The notes beneath the pieces are model-generated. The model worked only from the letters and a program-made list of their open reading frames with translations. It was not told the DNA's origin and did not search any database. DNA of 64,000 nt, from assembly GCA_964634365.1 (NCBI GenBank), contig CAZWJU010000001.1, forward strand, positions 86,585-150,584. The letters run 5' to 3'. A program made the position numbers and the translations under genes. Of this stretch, positions 38,070-47,068 are shown in pieces. Source of the stretch: an uncultured Candidatus Saccharibacteria bacterium (GTDB lineage: Bacteria; Patescibacteriota; Minisyncoccia; Phycocordibacterales; UBA9973). Every line of letters starts with the position of its first letter. The stretch's first letter is position 1.

Positions 38070-39056
38070 ATGTTAGATCATTCAATTATGTTACCTTCAA
38101 AACCTCGTGTTGTTTCAGAAGATGCAACAAAAGGTATTTATGAAATCGACAATCTATATCCAGGCTACGGACACACACTCGGTAATTCTCTACGCCGCAT
38201 AATCCTATCTTCACTACCAGGAGCAGCGCTTACATCAATCTCTATTGATGGTATTTCACACGAGTTCTCTACAATAGAGGGCGTAAAGGAAGATGTTATC
38301 ATGATTATCCTTGCTCTTAAAAAAGTTCGCTTTAAAGTTAGTAGTGACGAGCCTCAGCAAGTAACTCTAAAGGTCAAGGGACCAAAGGTTGTTACTGCAG
38401 GAGATATAGTTTGTCCTGGACAAGTTGAAGTTATCAACACAGACGAATATATCGCAGAAATCACAGGCAAAGGCAAAGAACTTTCTATCACTATGAACAT
38501 TGAAACTGGACTAGGCTTTGTACAAAAAGATGTACACCAAAAGTCAAAGACAGACATAGGCACAATCGCTCTCGATGCAATCTTTTCTCCAATCCGTCGC
38601 GTTGCTTATGAAGTTGAAAACATGCGCGTTGGTGACAAGACAAACCACAATCGTCTACGTATGATAATCGAAACAGACGGTAGCGTTGATCCTCGCGAAG
38701 CTCTAAAGAGATCAATCGAGATCATGATCACTCAGCTCAAAGCTATATTCGATTTCAAATTTGAAGACGAGGTTATGCCTATGGCAAAAGAGGACTCTTC
38801 TTCTGATGAGCCTGTTATAGAATCAGCAGAATCAAAAGATTCTGGTGAAGATATGTCAGATATTTTGAAAACTCGCATCGATACACTAGACCTTTCTACT
38901 CGTACACTAAACGCTCTAAATTCTGCAAACATCCGTACAGTTGGAGGTATCGCTCGCAAGAAGAAAGAAGATCTTCTTGAGCTTGAAGGTATCGGAGAGA
39001 AGGGTATACAAGAGATTCGTCGTATGTTATCAAACTTTGGTATTACCCTAAAATAA
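38070..39056 (+). CDS. rpoA: DNA-directed RNA polymerase subunit alpha
   Basis: N-terminal GHTLGNSLRRIILSSLPGAA, C-terminal helix-hairpin-helix alpha-CTD (LDLSTRTLNALNSANIRTVGGI). 328 aa. Confidence 0.95.
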   Translation: MLDHSIMLPSKPRVVSEDATKGIYEIDNLYPGYGHTLGNSLRRIILSSLPGAALTSISIDGISHEFSTIEGVKEDVIMIILALKKVRFKVSSDEPQQVTLKVKGPKVVTAGDIVCPGQVEVINTDEYIAEITGKGKELSITMNIETGLGFVQKDVHQKSKTDIGTIALDAIFSPIRRVAYEVENMRVGDKTNHNRLRMIIETDGSVDPREALKRSIEIMITQLKAIFDFKFEDEVMPMAKEDSSSDEPVIESAESKDSGEDMSDILKTRIDTLDLSTRTLNALNSANIRTVGGIARKKKEDLLELEGIGEKGIQEIRRMLSNFGITLK

Positions 39057-39091
39057 TCCCATTCACTAATTACTAATTACTTTTTACTAAT

Positions 39092-39445
39092 ATGAGACAC
39101 GCAAACAACGTAAGAAAATTTGGCAGAACATCGAATGCAAGAAGAGCTCTTCTGAAGAGTCTTGCTCTATCGCTTATAAAACACGAGCGAATCACAACAA
39201 CAGAAGCAAAGGCAAAAGAATTGCGTCCTTATATTGAAAAGCTAGTTACTCGTGCACAAAAAGGCGATCTTGCTACACGTCGCGCAATCGTTGCTCGTCT
39301 TATGAACAGAAAAACTGAGACAAAAAAGCTTTTCGATGAGATTGCACCAAAGTATGCAAAGAGAAAAGGTGGATACACACGAGTATTGAAGCTTCCACAA
39401 AGAAAAGGCGATGCAAGTAAAATGGCGATTATTGAATTTGTATAA
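39092..39445 (+). CDS. rplQ: 50S ribosomal protein L17
   Basis: MRHANNVRKFGRTSNARRALLKSLALSLIKHERITTTEAKAKELRPYIEKL is canonical bL17. Confidence 0.95.
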   Translation: MRHANNVRKFGRTSNARRALLKSLALSLIKHERITTTEAKAKELRPYIEKLVTRAQKGDLATRRAIVARLMNRKTETKKLFDEIAPKYAKRKGGYTRVLKLPQRKGDASKMAIIEFV

Positions 39446-39480
39446 TATATAAAAATACGGTAGTATATCGAAACACAACT

Positions 39481-39825
39481 ATGGAATACACACTTGATGC
39501 AAAAGGAATAACAGTAGGAAGAACTGCCACAAAAGCAGCGATGATTTTGATGGGTAAAAATAAACCAGGAAGCAAGAAAAACGTTATAGCTGACAACAAA
39601 GTTACAATCGTGAATGCTTCAAAGGCAAAGATCAACGCAAAGAAGGCTCGCGAGACAGTACTTGAACGTTACACTGGATATCCTAGTGGTCTTATACTAC
39701 AAAATATCGACGAGGTAATCGCAAAGAAAGGTCATGCTGAGCTTTTCAAGCTAGCAGTCTACGGTATGCTTCCAGGTAACAAGCTTCGTGACAAGATTAT
39801 GAAGAATCTAATAATTACAGAATAG
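39481..39825 (+). CDS. rplM: 50S ribosomal protein L13 (short form)
   Basis: GRTATKAAMILMGKNKP and AVYGMLPGNKLRDKIMKNL match uL13 blocks. 114 aa. Confidence 0.85.
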   Translation: MEYTLDAKGITVGRTATKAAMILMGKNKPGSKKNVIADNKVTIVNASKAKINAKKARETVLERYTGYPSGLILQNIDEVIAKKGHAELFKLAVYGMLPGNKLRDKIMKNLIITE

Positions 39826-39826
39826 T

Positions 39827-40237
39827 ATGTCTGAAAAAACTACAACAAAAAGATACATTGAGACAATCGGTCGCCGCAAAACAGCAAGTGCGCGTGTTAG
39901 ACTTACTCCAAGTTCAAAACTTTCAATAGAAGTAAATGGAAAAGAACACTCAGCATATTTCCCAACAGATGAACACAGAGCTATTGTTATCGACCCATTT
40001 ACAAAAGGCAAGATTGATCCAAAGTTTACAATCACTGCTCTCGTAACTGGCGGAGGAATACATGCTCAAGCTGAAGCGATTCGTCACGGTATAGCTCGTG
40101 CAATCGTAGAGCTCGATGAAAACGAACACACAAAGATCAAGAAACTCGGTTTCCTAAAACGTGATCCTAGAGCAAAAGAGCGCCGCAAGTTCGGTCTCAA
40201 GAAAGCTCGTAAGTCACCACAATGGTCAAAACGCTAA
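39827..40237 (+). CDS. rpsI: 30S ribosomal protein S9
   Basis: IETIGRRKTASARVRL and C-terminal KKARKSPQWSKR are canonical uS9. Confidence 0.95.
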   Translation: MSEKTTTKRYIETIGRRKTASARVRLTPSSKLSIEVNGKEHSAYFPTDEHRAIVIDPFTKGKIDPKFTITALVTGGGIHAQAEAIRHGIARAIVELDENEHTKIKKLGFLKRDPRAKERRKFGLKKARKSPQWSKR

Positions 40238-40254
40238 AACAAAGAGTCGCCTGC

Positions 40255-40415
40255 GCGACTCTTTGTTCGTTTTGACGGCCGGAGCGATGTCGGCTTGCCG
40301 ACCGCGAGGCGGGCTCGCAAGTACTTAGTCCGCACAGGTGTAATCACCGAGCAGGCTTAGTAACTTGTGAGGTAAACGCTAATAACTAAACCCCCTCTCG
40401 GGATTTTTGTTTGAC
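40255..40415 (+). ncRNA. GC-rich structured non-coding RNA candidate, possibly small SRP RNA (ffs/4.5S-like)
   Basis: About 130 nt of >60% GC in an AT-rich genome, no ORF. Several short perfect hairpins (GTCGG-CTTG-CCGAC; GCGAG-GCGGG-CTCGC). Segment CACAGG-UG-UAAU-CA-CCGAGCAGG resembles the SRP RNA helix-8 core (CAGG...apical loop...AGCAG). Followed by a hairpin/T-tract at ~40391-40415. Strand and identity uncertain. Confidence 0.3.
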
Positions 40416-40457
40416 AAAGATATATTTTAGTGTATTATTTTAAAAAACGTACACACT

Positions 40458-40904
40458 ATGGATAAAAAATTAAAAAGAAGTCTGCGCCACAAAGCAGCTT
40501 TCTATGCAATATTTTTAAAAGGAAACATCATCATTGTGATGTTGATGGCCGTATTTTCATCCGCGGCATATCAGCTTTTTGCTTTTGATGATATGCATAT
40601 GCAGATGAAGCTAATACCTCTGGTTGTTTCATTCGTAGTATCATTTGTTTTTGTGTATATTCTTGCAATGTACACAGACTCTGATATTGAGAGTGTTGCA
40701 GTAAGTTGGCAATGCCGGAACAACGAAGAAATCATTGAGTTAATGGTAAAAGTGAAGTATCTCGAAGAAAAACTCAACAGCAATCCCGCTCCTGCAGGTT
40801 TTCTCGATGAGCGAGAGGCTGATTTATACGATTATAAAAAAAAGATCGTACGTCTCGAATCCGAGAACAAAGAGCTCGAAAAAGTGAGCACTTCGTTCAC
40901 ATAA
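40458..40904 (+). CDS. hypothetical membrane protein with C-terminal coiled coil (148 aa)
   Basis: Two TM helices, then a heptad-like EEKLNSN...ESENKELEKV segment. Confidence 0.45.
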   Translation: MDKKLKRSLRHKAAFYAIFLKGNIIIVMLMAVFSSAAYQLFAFDDMHMQMKLIPLVVSFVVSFVFVYILAMYTDSDIESVAVSWQCRNNEEIIELMVKVKYLEEKLNSNPAPAGFLDEREADLYDYKKKIVRLESENKELEKVSTSFT

Positions 40905-40973
40905 AAAATAAACCCTTCATGTTTGGAGGGTTTTAATTTTGCCAATTTTTTAAATCTAAGTATAATCGTGTAT

Positions 40974-41576
40974 ATGAAAGACGAAGAAGACAAGAAAATA
41001 GATGAATCTGTGGTAGAAAACCGAGACGTAGAAGTCGACGATGATGTTGTCGAGTTTGTTTTTGACGACAACGGGGAAGAGGATATAAAAGCTACTCTAA
41101 AAAAACTCAGAAAAGATTTAAAAGAAGCTCAAAAGGAAAAGACTGAATATCTCACAAACTGGCAACGAGAGCGTGCAGATTTTACAAATTACAAAAAAGA
41201 CGAACAATCTCGCAGAGAAAGCACATTAGCTTATGCTAGAGAGAGTTTTGCCGAGGAACTGCTCCCAGTGCTCGACGCTTATGATATGGCATTTTCAAAC
41301 AAAGATGCTTGGGAAAAGGTAGATAAAAATTGGCGCATGGGTGTCGAGTATATCCACGCTCAGCTTTTGAAAGTTCTAGCAGACAATAGTGTAAACCCTA
41401 TCAAAGTATCTATCGGGGATAAAATTGATCCAAAATTCCATGAAGCCGTAGAAAATGTTCCAACAGAAGATGAGTTAGCGGATCATACTATCGCCGAAGT
41501 TACTCAGTCTGGATACATAATAGGCGAGCGAGTGCTCAGAGCAGCGAGAGTAAAAGTATTTGAATTTAAAAAGTAG
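40974..41576 (+). CDS. grpE: nucleotide exchange factor GrpE
   Basis: Long helix NWQRERADFTNYKKDEQSRRE (GrpE tail) plus C-terminal beta domain HEAVENVPTEDE...VTQSGYIIGERVLRAARVKV. Start at the internal Met, downstream of an upstream-gene terminator and a TATAAT box. Confidence 0.85.
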   Translation: MKDEEDKKIDESVVENRDVEVDDDVVEFVFDDNGEEDIKATLKKLRKDLKEAQKEKTEYLTNWQRERADFTNYKKDEQSRRESTLAYARESFAEELLPVLDAYDMAFSNKDAWEKVDKNWRMGVEYIHAQLLKVLADNSVNPIKVSIGDKIDPKFHEAVENVPTEDELADHTIAEVTQSGYIIGERVLRAARVKVFEFKK

Positions 41577-41586
41577 ATATAAAATA

Positions 41587-41610
41587 ATAAGCACATTTCA
41601 ATGTGCTTAT
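41587..41610. terminator. intrinsic terminator (ATAAGCACATTTCAATGTGCTTAT)
   Basis: Hairpin followed by TTAAT; 3' of grpE. Confidence 0.5.
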
Positions 41611-41864
41611 TTAATAAGAAGCGCCTTGCATTTTTCGATCTTTTGCATTTCGCACGGTGACGCCCAAAAGACAAAAATGCTTAAAAGAGAAACAGCGACC
41701 ATTTGTTAAAATCCTCATTTTTTTACTTCAGTTGGCGGATTGATCCTTCTGAAAATAGTCTTTAATTTTAAATGATACAAGACCAAACTCTCATCATCCC
41801 CAATGGTTTACTTTGAATGGAGAACCACAAATGAATATCGGCGCTTTCTAATATGAGACTAACA

Positions 41865-42398
41865 CTATTTCCCAAACATTTCAAACAAAACTTTTTGTGT
41901 TTCTGTGTCCATCGTATCAGTAGTAAAAATAATTATTTCACTCGTCAATCCGAGATCTTTTTTTATATTTTCAAATAAATGTTCAAAAGGGTATGGAGAT
42001 ATCCATGCGCTATTTTTCAAACACACGAAACCAGCTTTTTTTAGCAGGTAGCGCAAACTCTCGCGTTCATTTTTTCTAGACTCAGGTAAATCTAGGAGTA
42101 TTATTCTCCATTTTCCATCCCACTTTGGATCGAGTATCGCATTGTCACTTTCGAGTTTTAGACTGTTAGCTTTCTTTTTACCTTCATTTGTTAGTCTCGT
42201 ATATTTTGTCCTATCTGAGGATAGATTCTCCACCAGACCTGCCTCTTTTAGACCCTTTAGAGAGCGATTTATGGCGTATACAGGCACTTTAGTGGCTGGT
42301 TTTGGGATAATACGTTCACTGAGTTCAGAAACCGAAATAACCGGTTTTTCAGACAGTATTTTGAGTATTTTCTTTGAAAAATCTGGCTTTTTTTGCAT
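41865..42398 (-). CDS. PaaX-like winged-helix transcriptional regulator
   Basis: N-terminal wHTH (KILKILSEKPVISVSELSERI). C-terminal WDGKWRIILLDLPESRKNERESLRYLLKKAGFVCLKNSAWISP matches the PaaX C-domain pattern (WDG.W....LP......R..LR..L...GFG.L...VWI.P). Confidence 0.6.
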   Translation of the reverse strand: MQKKPDFSKKILKILSEKPVISVSELSERIIPKPATKVPVYAINRSLKGLKEAGLVENLSSDRTKYTRLTNEGKKKANSLKLESDNAILDPKWDGKWRIILLDLPESRKNERESLRYLLKKAGFVCLKNSAWISPYPFEHLFENIKKDLGLTSEIIIFTTDTMDTETQKVLFEMFGK

Positions 42399-42506
42399 AT
42401 CTAGATATTAACATACTTTTCGCGAACGCAAAATACTTGTCAAAAAGTTATCCACATGTATAATAGGGGTATAGTTATTAAATTATCAGTAATTTACATA
42501 AAACAT

Positions 42507-44402
42507 ATGTCAAAAATAATTGGAATCGACCTAGGAACTACAAACTCAGCTGTTGCCATTATCGAGGGCGGACAGCCAAAAATAATTGAAAATATTGAAG
42601 GCAATCGTACAACGCCTTCTATTGTTGCGACTGCTAAAAATGGAGATCGTCTTGTTGGACTTTTGGCAAAACGCCAATCTGTTACAAATCCAGAAAATAC
42701 AGTTTACGGTATCAAGCGCTTTATGGGTCACAGATTTGATGATGCAGAGATCCAGAAAGATCGCGGTACTGCTCCATATAAAATAGAAAAAGGTGAAAAC
42801 GATGGTGTTGTTGTAAAGATGAGTGACAAAAATTATCGCCCAGAAGAAATCTCTTCTATGATACTTGCAAAAATCAAAGCTGATGTAGAAGCAAAGCTCG
42901 GAGAAAAAGTTGCTGAGGCTGTAATCACAGTACCGGCGTATTTCAATGACTCACAACGCAAGGCTACAAAAGACGCGGGAGCAATCGCAGGACTAGATGT
43001 AAAACGTATCATAAACGAACCTACAGCCGCGGCACTCGCATATGGATTCAATACTAAAAAAGATGAGAAGATAGTTGTATACGACTTCGGAGGAGGAACT
43101 TTTGACGTATCAGTACTAGAAGTTGGAAACGATGTTATCGAAGTAAAGTCTACAGACGGAGATTCTCACATGGGAGGAGAAGATATCGATCAGAAGATTA
43201 TCAAATGGATTGCCGAAGAATTCAAAAAAGAATCTGGTGTGGATATTACAAAAGATGTTCTTGCTCTACAGCGTCTAAAGGAGGCAGCAGAAAAAGCAAA
43301 GCATGAACTTTCTACTACAACAGAAACTGAAATCAATATTCCATTTATTACTTCTACTGCAAGTGGACCTCAGCACCTACTTATCAAGATGAGTCGTGCA
43401 CAGTTAGAGTCACTCGCAGATGAATTCATCACTCGCTCAATCGAGATCACAAAGCGCGCTATTGAAGCTTCACCGTTTAAAATTGGTGAAATCAACGAGA
43501 TCATAATGGTTGGAGGTCAAACTCGTATGCCAAAGATTATCGAGGAGGTTAAGAAACTTTTTGGCAAAGAACCAAATCGCTCTATCAACCCAGATGAAGT
43601 TGTAGCACTTGGTGCAGCAGTACAAGGTGGAGTTTTGAAAGGTGATGTTCGAGATGTTCTACTTCTCGATGTTATCCCTCTATCACTTGGAATTGAAACT
43701 TTGGGTGGAATCGCAACAAAGCTTATCGAGCGCAACACAACTATCCCAAATTCAAAATCTCAGATTTTCTCAACAGCTGCCGACAACCAAACTTCTGTAG
43801 AGATTCATATTACTCAAGGTGAGCGCCAAATGGCTAGTGACAACAAGTCTCTCGGAAGATTTATCTTGGATGGTATTCCACCTGCACCTCGAGGTATGCC
43901 TCAGGTTGAAGTGACTTTTGATGTCGACGCAAACGGAATACTTTCTGTAACTGCAAAAGACAAGACAAGTGGCAAAACTCAATCTATTCGCATCGAAGCA
44001 TCTTCAGGTCTAACTGACGAAGAGGTAAAGAAAATGCAAAAAGACGCAGAGCTTCATGCCGAAGAAGATAAAAAGAAAAAAGAAGCAGTTGATATAAAAA
44101 ATACTACAGAGATGATTCTCTACACTGCTGAAAAAGCTCTCAAAGATAGTGAAGGTAAAATATCCGATGATATTAAAAATTCTGTGCAGGCAAAGATCGA
44201 TGCACTCAAGGCAGTAAAAGACGGAAGTGATCTAGAAGCTATCAAAAAAGCATCCGAAGAACTTTCAAACGAGATGGGTAAAATTGGTGAGGCGATGGCT
44301 AAAGCAAACGCTGAAGCTGCGCCAAATCCTGAGGCTAACACTGAAACAAAGGCCGACGAGCCAATCCGCGATGCGGAAACAGGTGAGAGTGAAGCAAAAT
44401 AA
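42507..44402 (+). CDS. dnaK: molecular chaperone DnaK (Hsp70)
   Basis: [32 protein letters not shown] signatures. 631 aa from the internal Met. Confidence 0.95.
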   Translation: MSKIIGIDLGTTNSAVAIIEGGQPKIIENIEGNRTTPSIVATAKNGDRLVGLLAKRQSVTNPENTVYGIKRFMGHRFDDAEIQKDRGTAPYKIEKGENDGVVVKMSDKNYRPEEISSMILAKIKADVEAKLGEKVAEAVITVPAYFNDSQRKATKDAGAIAGLDVKRIINEPTAAALAYGFNTKKDEKIVVYDFGGGTFDVSVLEVGNDVIEVKSTDGDSHMGGEDIDQKIIKWIAEEFKKESGVDITKDVLALQRLKEAAEKAKHELSTTTETEINIPFITSTASGPQHLLIKMSRAQLESLADEFITRSIEITKRAIEASPFKIGEINEIIMVGGQTRMPKIIEEVKKLFGKEPNRSINPDEVVALGAAVQGGVLKGDVRDVLLLDVIPLSLGIETLGGIATKLIERNTTIPNSKSQIFSTAADNQTSVEIHITQGERQMASDNKSLGRFILDGIPPAPRGMPQVEVTFDVDANGILSVTAKDKTSGKTQSIRIEASSGLTDEEVKKMQKDAELHAEEDKKKKEAVDIKNTTEMILYTAEKALKDSEGKISDDIKNSVQAKIDALKAVKDGSDLEAIKKASEELSNEMGKIGEAMAKANAEAAPNPEANTETKADEPIRDAETGESEAK

Positions 44403-44416
44403 CCATTAATCGAAAT

Positions 44417-44449
44417 AATCAAAATCCGCAGTTTATGCGGATTTTGATT
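44417..44449. terminator. intrinsic terminator (AATCAAAATCCGCAGTTTATGCGGATTTTGATT)
   Basis: Long perfect hairpin 15 nt after the dnaK stop. Confidence 0.65.
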
Positions 44450-44471
44450 TATAGATTAAAATTTAAAATTT

Positions 44472-45149
44472 TTGATATACTTGAATTTATATATGGATAA
44501 AAGACTTCCAGGAGGAGAGCTAAGAAGCTCAGAAATATACAAGACAAAAGAACTCAACATTATTGATATTGTTCAGAGATCAGGCTTGGAATTGAACGAA
44601 GTTAATCCGATGATTTTGGAAATGTTTACAGACAAAGATTTTGTTTTTAGCCTACCAGAAGCTATAAAAAGTGATCCAGATAAATTGGCTGCATGGCTAA
44701 AACATTCCAATGCTTTCAACTCAATTCGTCACAATAATGAAATCTTTGGGGAAAATATAATTATTCCTGAAACAAAACACGCAGACGGTAGAATCAGAAG
44801 AGAAGAGTCCGGACAAGAAATCTTAGTAGATCAAATTGAAAAATTAGAGATTGATCCAGAGAGTGTTCTTTTCTTTAGGAGAACTCAACCAACAAGCGAG
44901 GTGAGTAATCCAGAGCATTATTGGACGAGTGATTATTGGGAAACAGTTTCGGGTTTACAACAAGAAATTTCAGGCGAAAATAGAGAAAAGTCTGTTATTT
45001 TATGTTCTTCTCTTGCTGATATATCTTCAGATAGCAAGCTCATTGCAGATATAAATGATGATAATGGTCTCCCTGTTCGAAGAGTTGCTGATTTAGCATA
45101 TGATCAAAAACGCTGTTTGTTTGTAATTAATTCATTTAAAAATATATGA
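44472..45149 (+). CDS. hypothetical protein (225 aa)
   Basis: Acidic soluble protein, no recognisable family. Stop overlaps the msrA start. Confidence 0.4.
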   Translation: MIYLNLYMDKRLPGGELRSSEIYKTKELNIIDIVQRSGLELNEVNPMILEMFTDKDFVFSLPEAIKSDPDKLAAWLKHSNAFNSIRHNNEIFGENIIIPETKHADGRIRREESGQEILVDQIEKLEIDPESVLFFRRTQPTSEVSNPEHYWTSDYWETVSGLQQEISGENREKSVILCSSLADISSDSKLIADINDDNGLPVRRVADLAYDQKRCLFVINSFKNI

Positions 45150-45697
45150 AAAAAGAGGCAATATATGCAGGTGGATGTTTCTGGTGTACAGAGCAAGACT
45201 TACGCAAAGTCGATGGAGTTTTGGATGTTTTACCTGGTTATATAGGCGGAGACGAGACTAGTGCGACATATATGAAAGTCGCAAGTCATCAGACAAAACA
45301 CCGCGAAGCAGTAAAAGTAGAATACGACGATACAAAAACTTATTTCAAAAAGATCACACAATTTTTCTTGGATCATATAGATCCGACAGATGCAGGTGGT
45401 CAGTTTTTTGACCGTGGAGACAATTATAAAACTGCGATTTATTTCTCGAATCCAGAAGAAGAGATTATCGCCAAGTCTCTTTTAACAGAGCTCGGAGAAA
45501 GTGGGATATACGACAAGCCTATCGTAGTCGATGTACTACCAGTTTTGCCTTTTTATATTGCTGAGTCTGAACATCAAAACTACGCCGAGAAAAATCCAGT
45601 TCGTTATAGTGCATACAAGCAAGGTTCAGGTAGAGAAGGTTTTACAAACATGGTCTGTGCTATCAGGGATGAAAAGAAAATAAATTGGAAAGATTAA
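45146..45697 (+). CDS. msrA: peptide-methionine (S)-S-oxide reductase MsrA
   Basis: Active-site AIYAGGCFWCTE (GCFWC) and downstream conserved blocks. Confidence 0.9.
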   Translation: MKKEAIYAGGCFWCTEQDLRKVDGVLDVLPGYIGGDETSATYMKVASHQTKHREAVKVEYDDTKTYFKKITQFFLDHIDPTDAGGQFFDRGDNYKTAIYFSNPEEEIIAKSLLTELGESGIYDKPIVVDVLPVLPFYIAESEHQNYAEKNPVRYSAYKQGSGREGFTNMVCAIRDEKKINWKD

Positions 45698-45701
45698 GAA
45701 G

Positions 45702-46211
45702 ATGAAAAACAAAAAAGTTATAGTAAACGATAAAATGCAAAAAGGTTATAGTTATTTTCTAACTGAACCTATGGGTAAAAATTTTGCAAAAGATTTCAAG
45801 CCACAACTCTCACCAAAACAGATGCTTGCCCTCGGTGTATTTGGAGGTGTGTATATGCGTGACTGTACTCGCGAATTTCCACGTGACTGGTTTACGCGCG
45901 CTAAGTTTGCAAAAGACGCGCGCGAAGCGAAGATAAACTATTTTAAAGTAAATGCGTCGCAGCCACTTTCTGTCTGGAGAAAAAAAGGTTGGATATACAA
46001 AGATGATCCACGCGGATGGTTTCAGTGGTACTGTCGCTATTATATGGGGCGTAGAATTCCTGCAGAAGATGCTCGTCAGATAAAACGTTACAATGCTATT
46101 CGTCGACATGTCGGACAAGTTGTAGCAAATTGTAGAGTGGGGGATATAAATTGCCGACCTCGTCAGCGTCAGGCGCTACTGCACTGGGCGTATGATTCTC
46201 GAAAAATCTAA
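45702..46211 (+). CDS. conserved hypothetical protein, Arg/Trp/Tyr-rich (169 aa)
   Basis: Clean ORF 4 nt after msrA. Distinctive GWFQWYCRYYMGRR segment. Family not recognised. Confidence 0.45.
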   Translation: MKNKKVIVNDKMQKGYSYFLTEPMGKNFAKDFKPQLSPKQMLALGVFGGVYMRDCTREFPRDWFTRAKFAKDAREAKINYFKVNASQPLSVWRKKGWIYKDDPRGWFQWYCRYYMGRRIPAEDARQIKRYNAIRRHVGQVVANCRVGDINCRPRQRQALLHWAYDSRKI

Positions 46212-46260
46212 GTATTCACAAAATACTAAAAATATGGTATAAAGTATCAAATTTTTTAGT

Positions 46261-46920
46261 ATGGCATTTTATAAAAGAAAAGTATTACCAACTCAAGCTG
46301 AGATAGACGCTCTCGAAAAAGATTTCGTAGGCCCAGATTTTAACTGCAAAAAAATTGAAAGCACTGATATATTGGCTTCGCTTTCCAAATATGAAAAGAA
46401 GGCGCCAAGAAAAACCGAAGGTATCGAAAGGGGTTATGTTTTTATTCCGACCAATCCAGAAAACGACTACCGTGTGATTATCTGGGGTACAGCCAAAGAA
46501 GGCGGTGGAGTTAAGATATCTGATTACGGATGGGTTCTTATTCTAAAAGGAGACAAGCCAGTCTACTTTGCAAAGAGAATGGAGCGAACGAAGAATTATA
46601 TTTTGAATATCAAGCGTAGGGCTTGGGTCACAATATATAAAGTCCGCAATCGTCCGCACTGTCCACATCCGGGATGTGAGCGCCTTATGGAGATTTCAAA
46701 AACTTCCATTATTGGTGCTGTGGTATGGAAATGTGAAAACAAGGCAGTCCATGCTCGTCCGCATTTTCGCAATTGGGACTATGGTTTACCAAAAAAGGCC
46801 AAGGCTTTTGTAAACGAGAGTCGTAAGTCTCGAGCGAGATATTACAAAAAGCACAAAAAAGAGAACAAGGTTGTAGTACCAGCGCAGTTTGTTCGCAAAA
46901 AAAGAAAGCTGAAAAAGTGA
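46261..46920 (+). CDS. hypothetical protein with C2HC/C4-type zinc-binding motif and polybasic C-terminus (219 aa)
   Basis: CPHPGCERL...CENKAVHARPH and a KKHKKENK...RKKRKLKK tail. Confidence 0.45.
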   Translation: MAFYKRKVLPTQAEIDALEKDFVGPDFNCKKIESTDILASLSKYEKKAPRKTEGIERGYVFIPTNPENDYRVIIWGTAKEGGGVKISDYGWVLILKGDKPVYFAKRMERTKNYILNIKRRAWVTIYKVRNRPHCPHPGCERLMEISKTSIIGAVVWKCENKAVHARPHFRNWDYGLPKKAKAFVNESRKSRARYYKKHKKENKVVVPAQFVRKKRKLKK

Positions 46921-47068
46921 ATTAAATCCCGTAAGGGATTTTTTATTTTGGGTGCTATACCCCATTAGATAAACGTTGTTTTATTTTATAACTTATTTGA
47001 CTTATAAACAAAAAATAAATATAAAAACATTTGAGATAACTATCTAACGGGGTATACTATCCTCACAA

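Noticed and set aside
40391-40415. Possible separate terminator after the GC-rich RNA candidate
   Set aside because: The stem is only ~3-4 bp (CCC...GGG). Treated as the 3' end of the ncRNA candidate rather than as an independent terminator feature.
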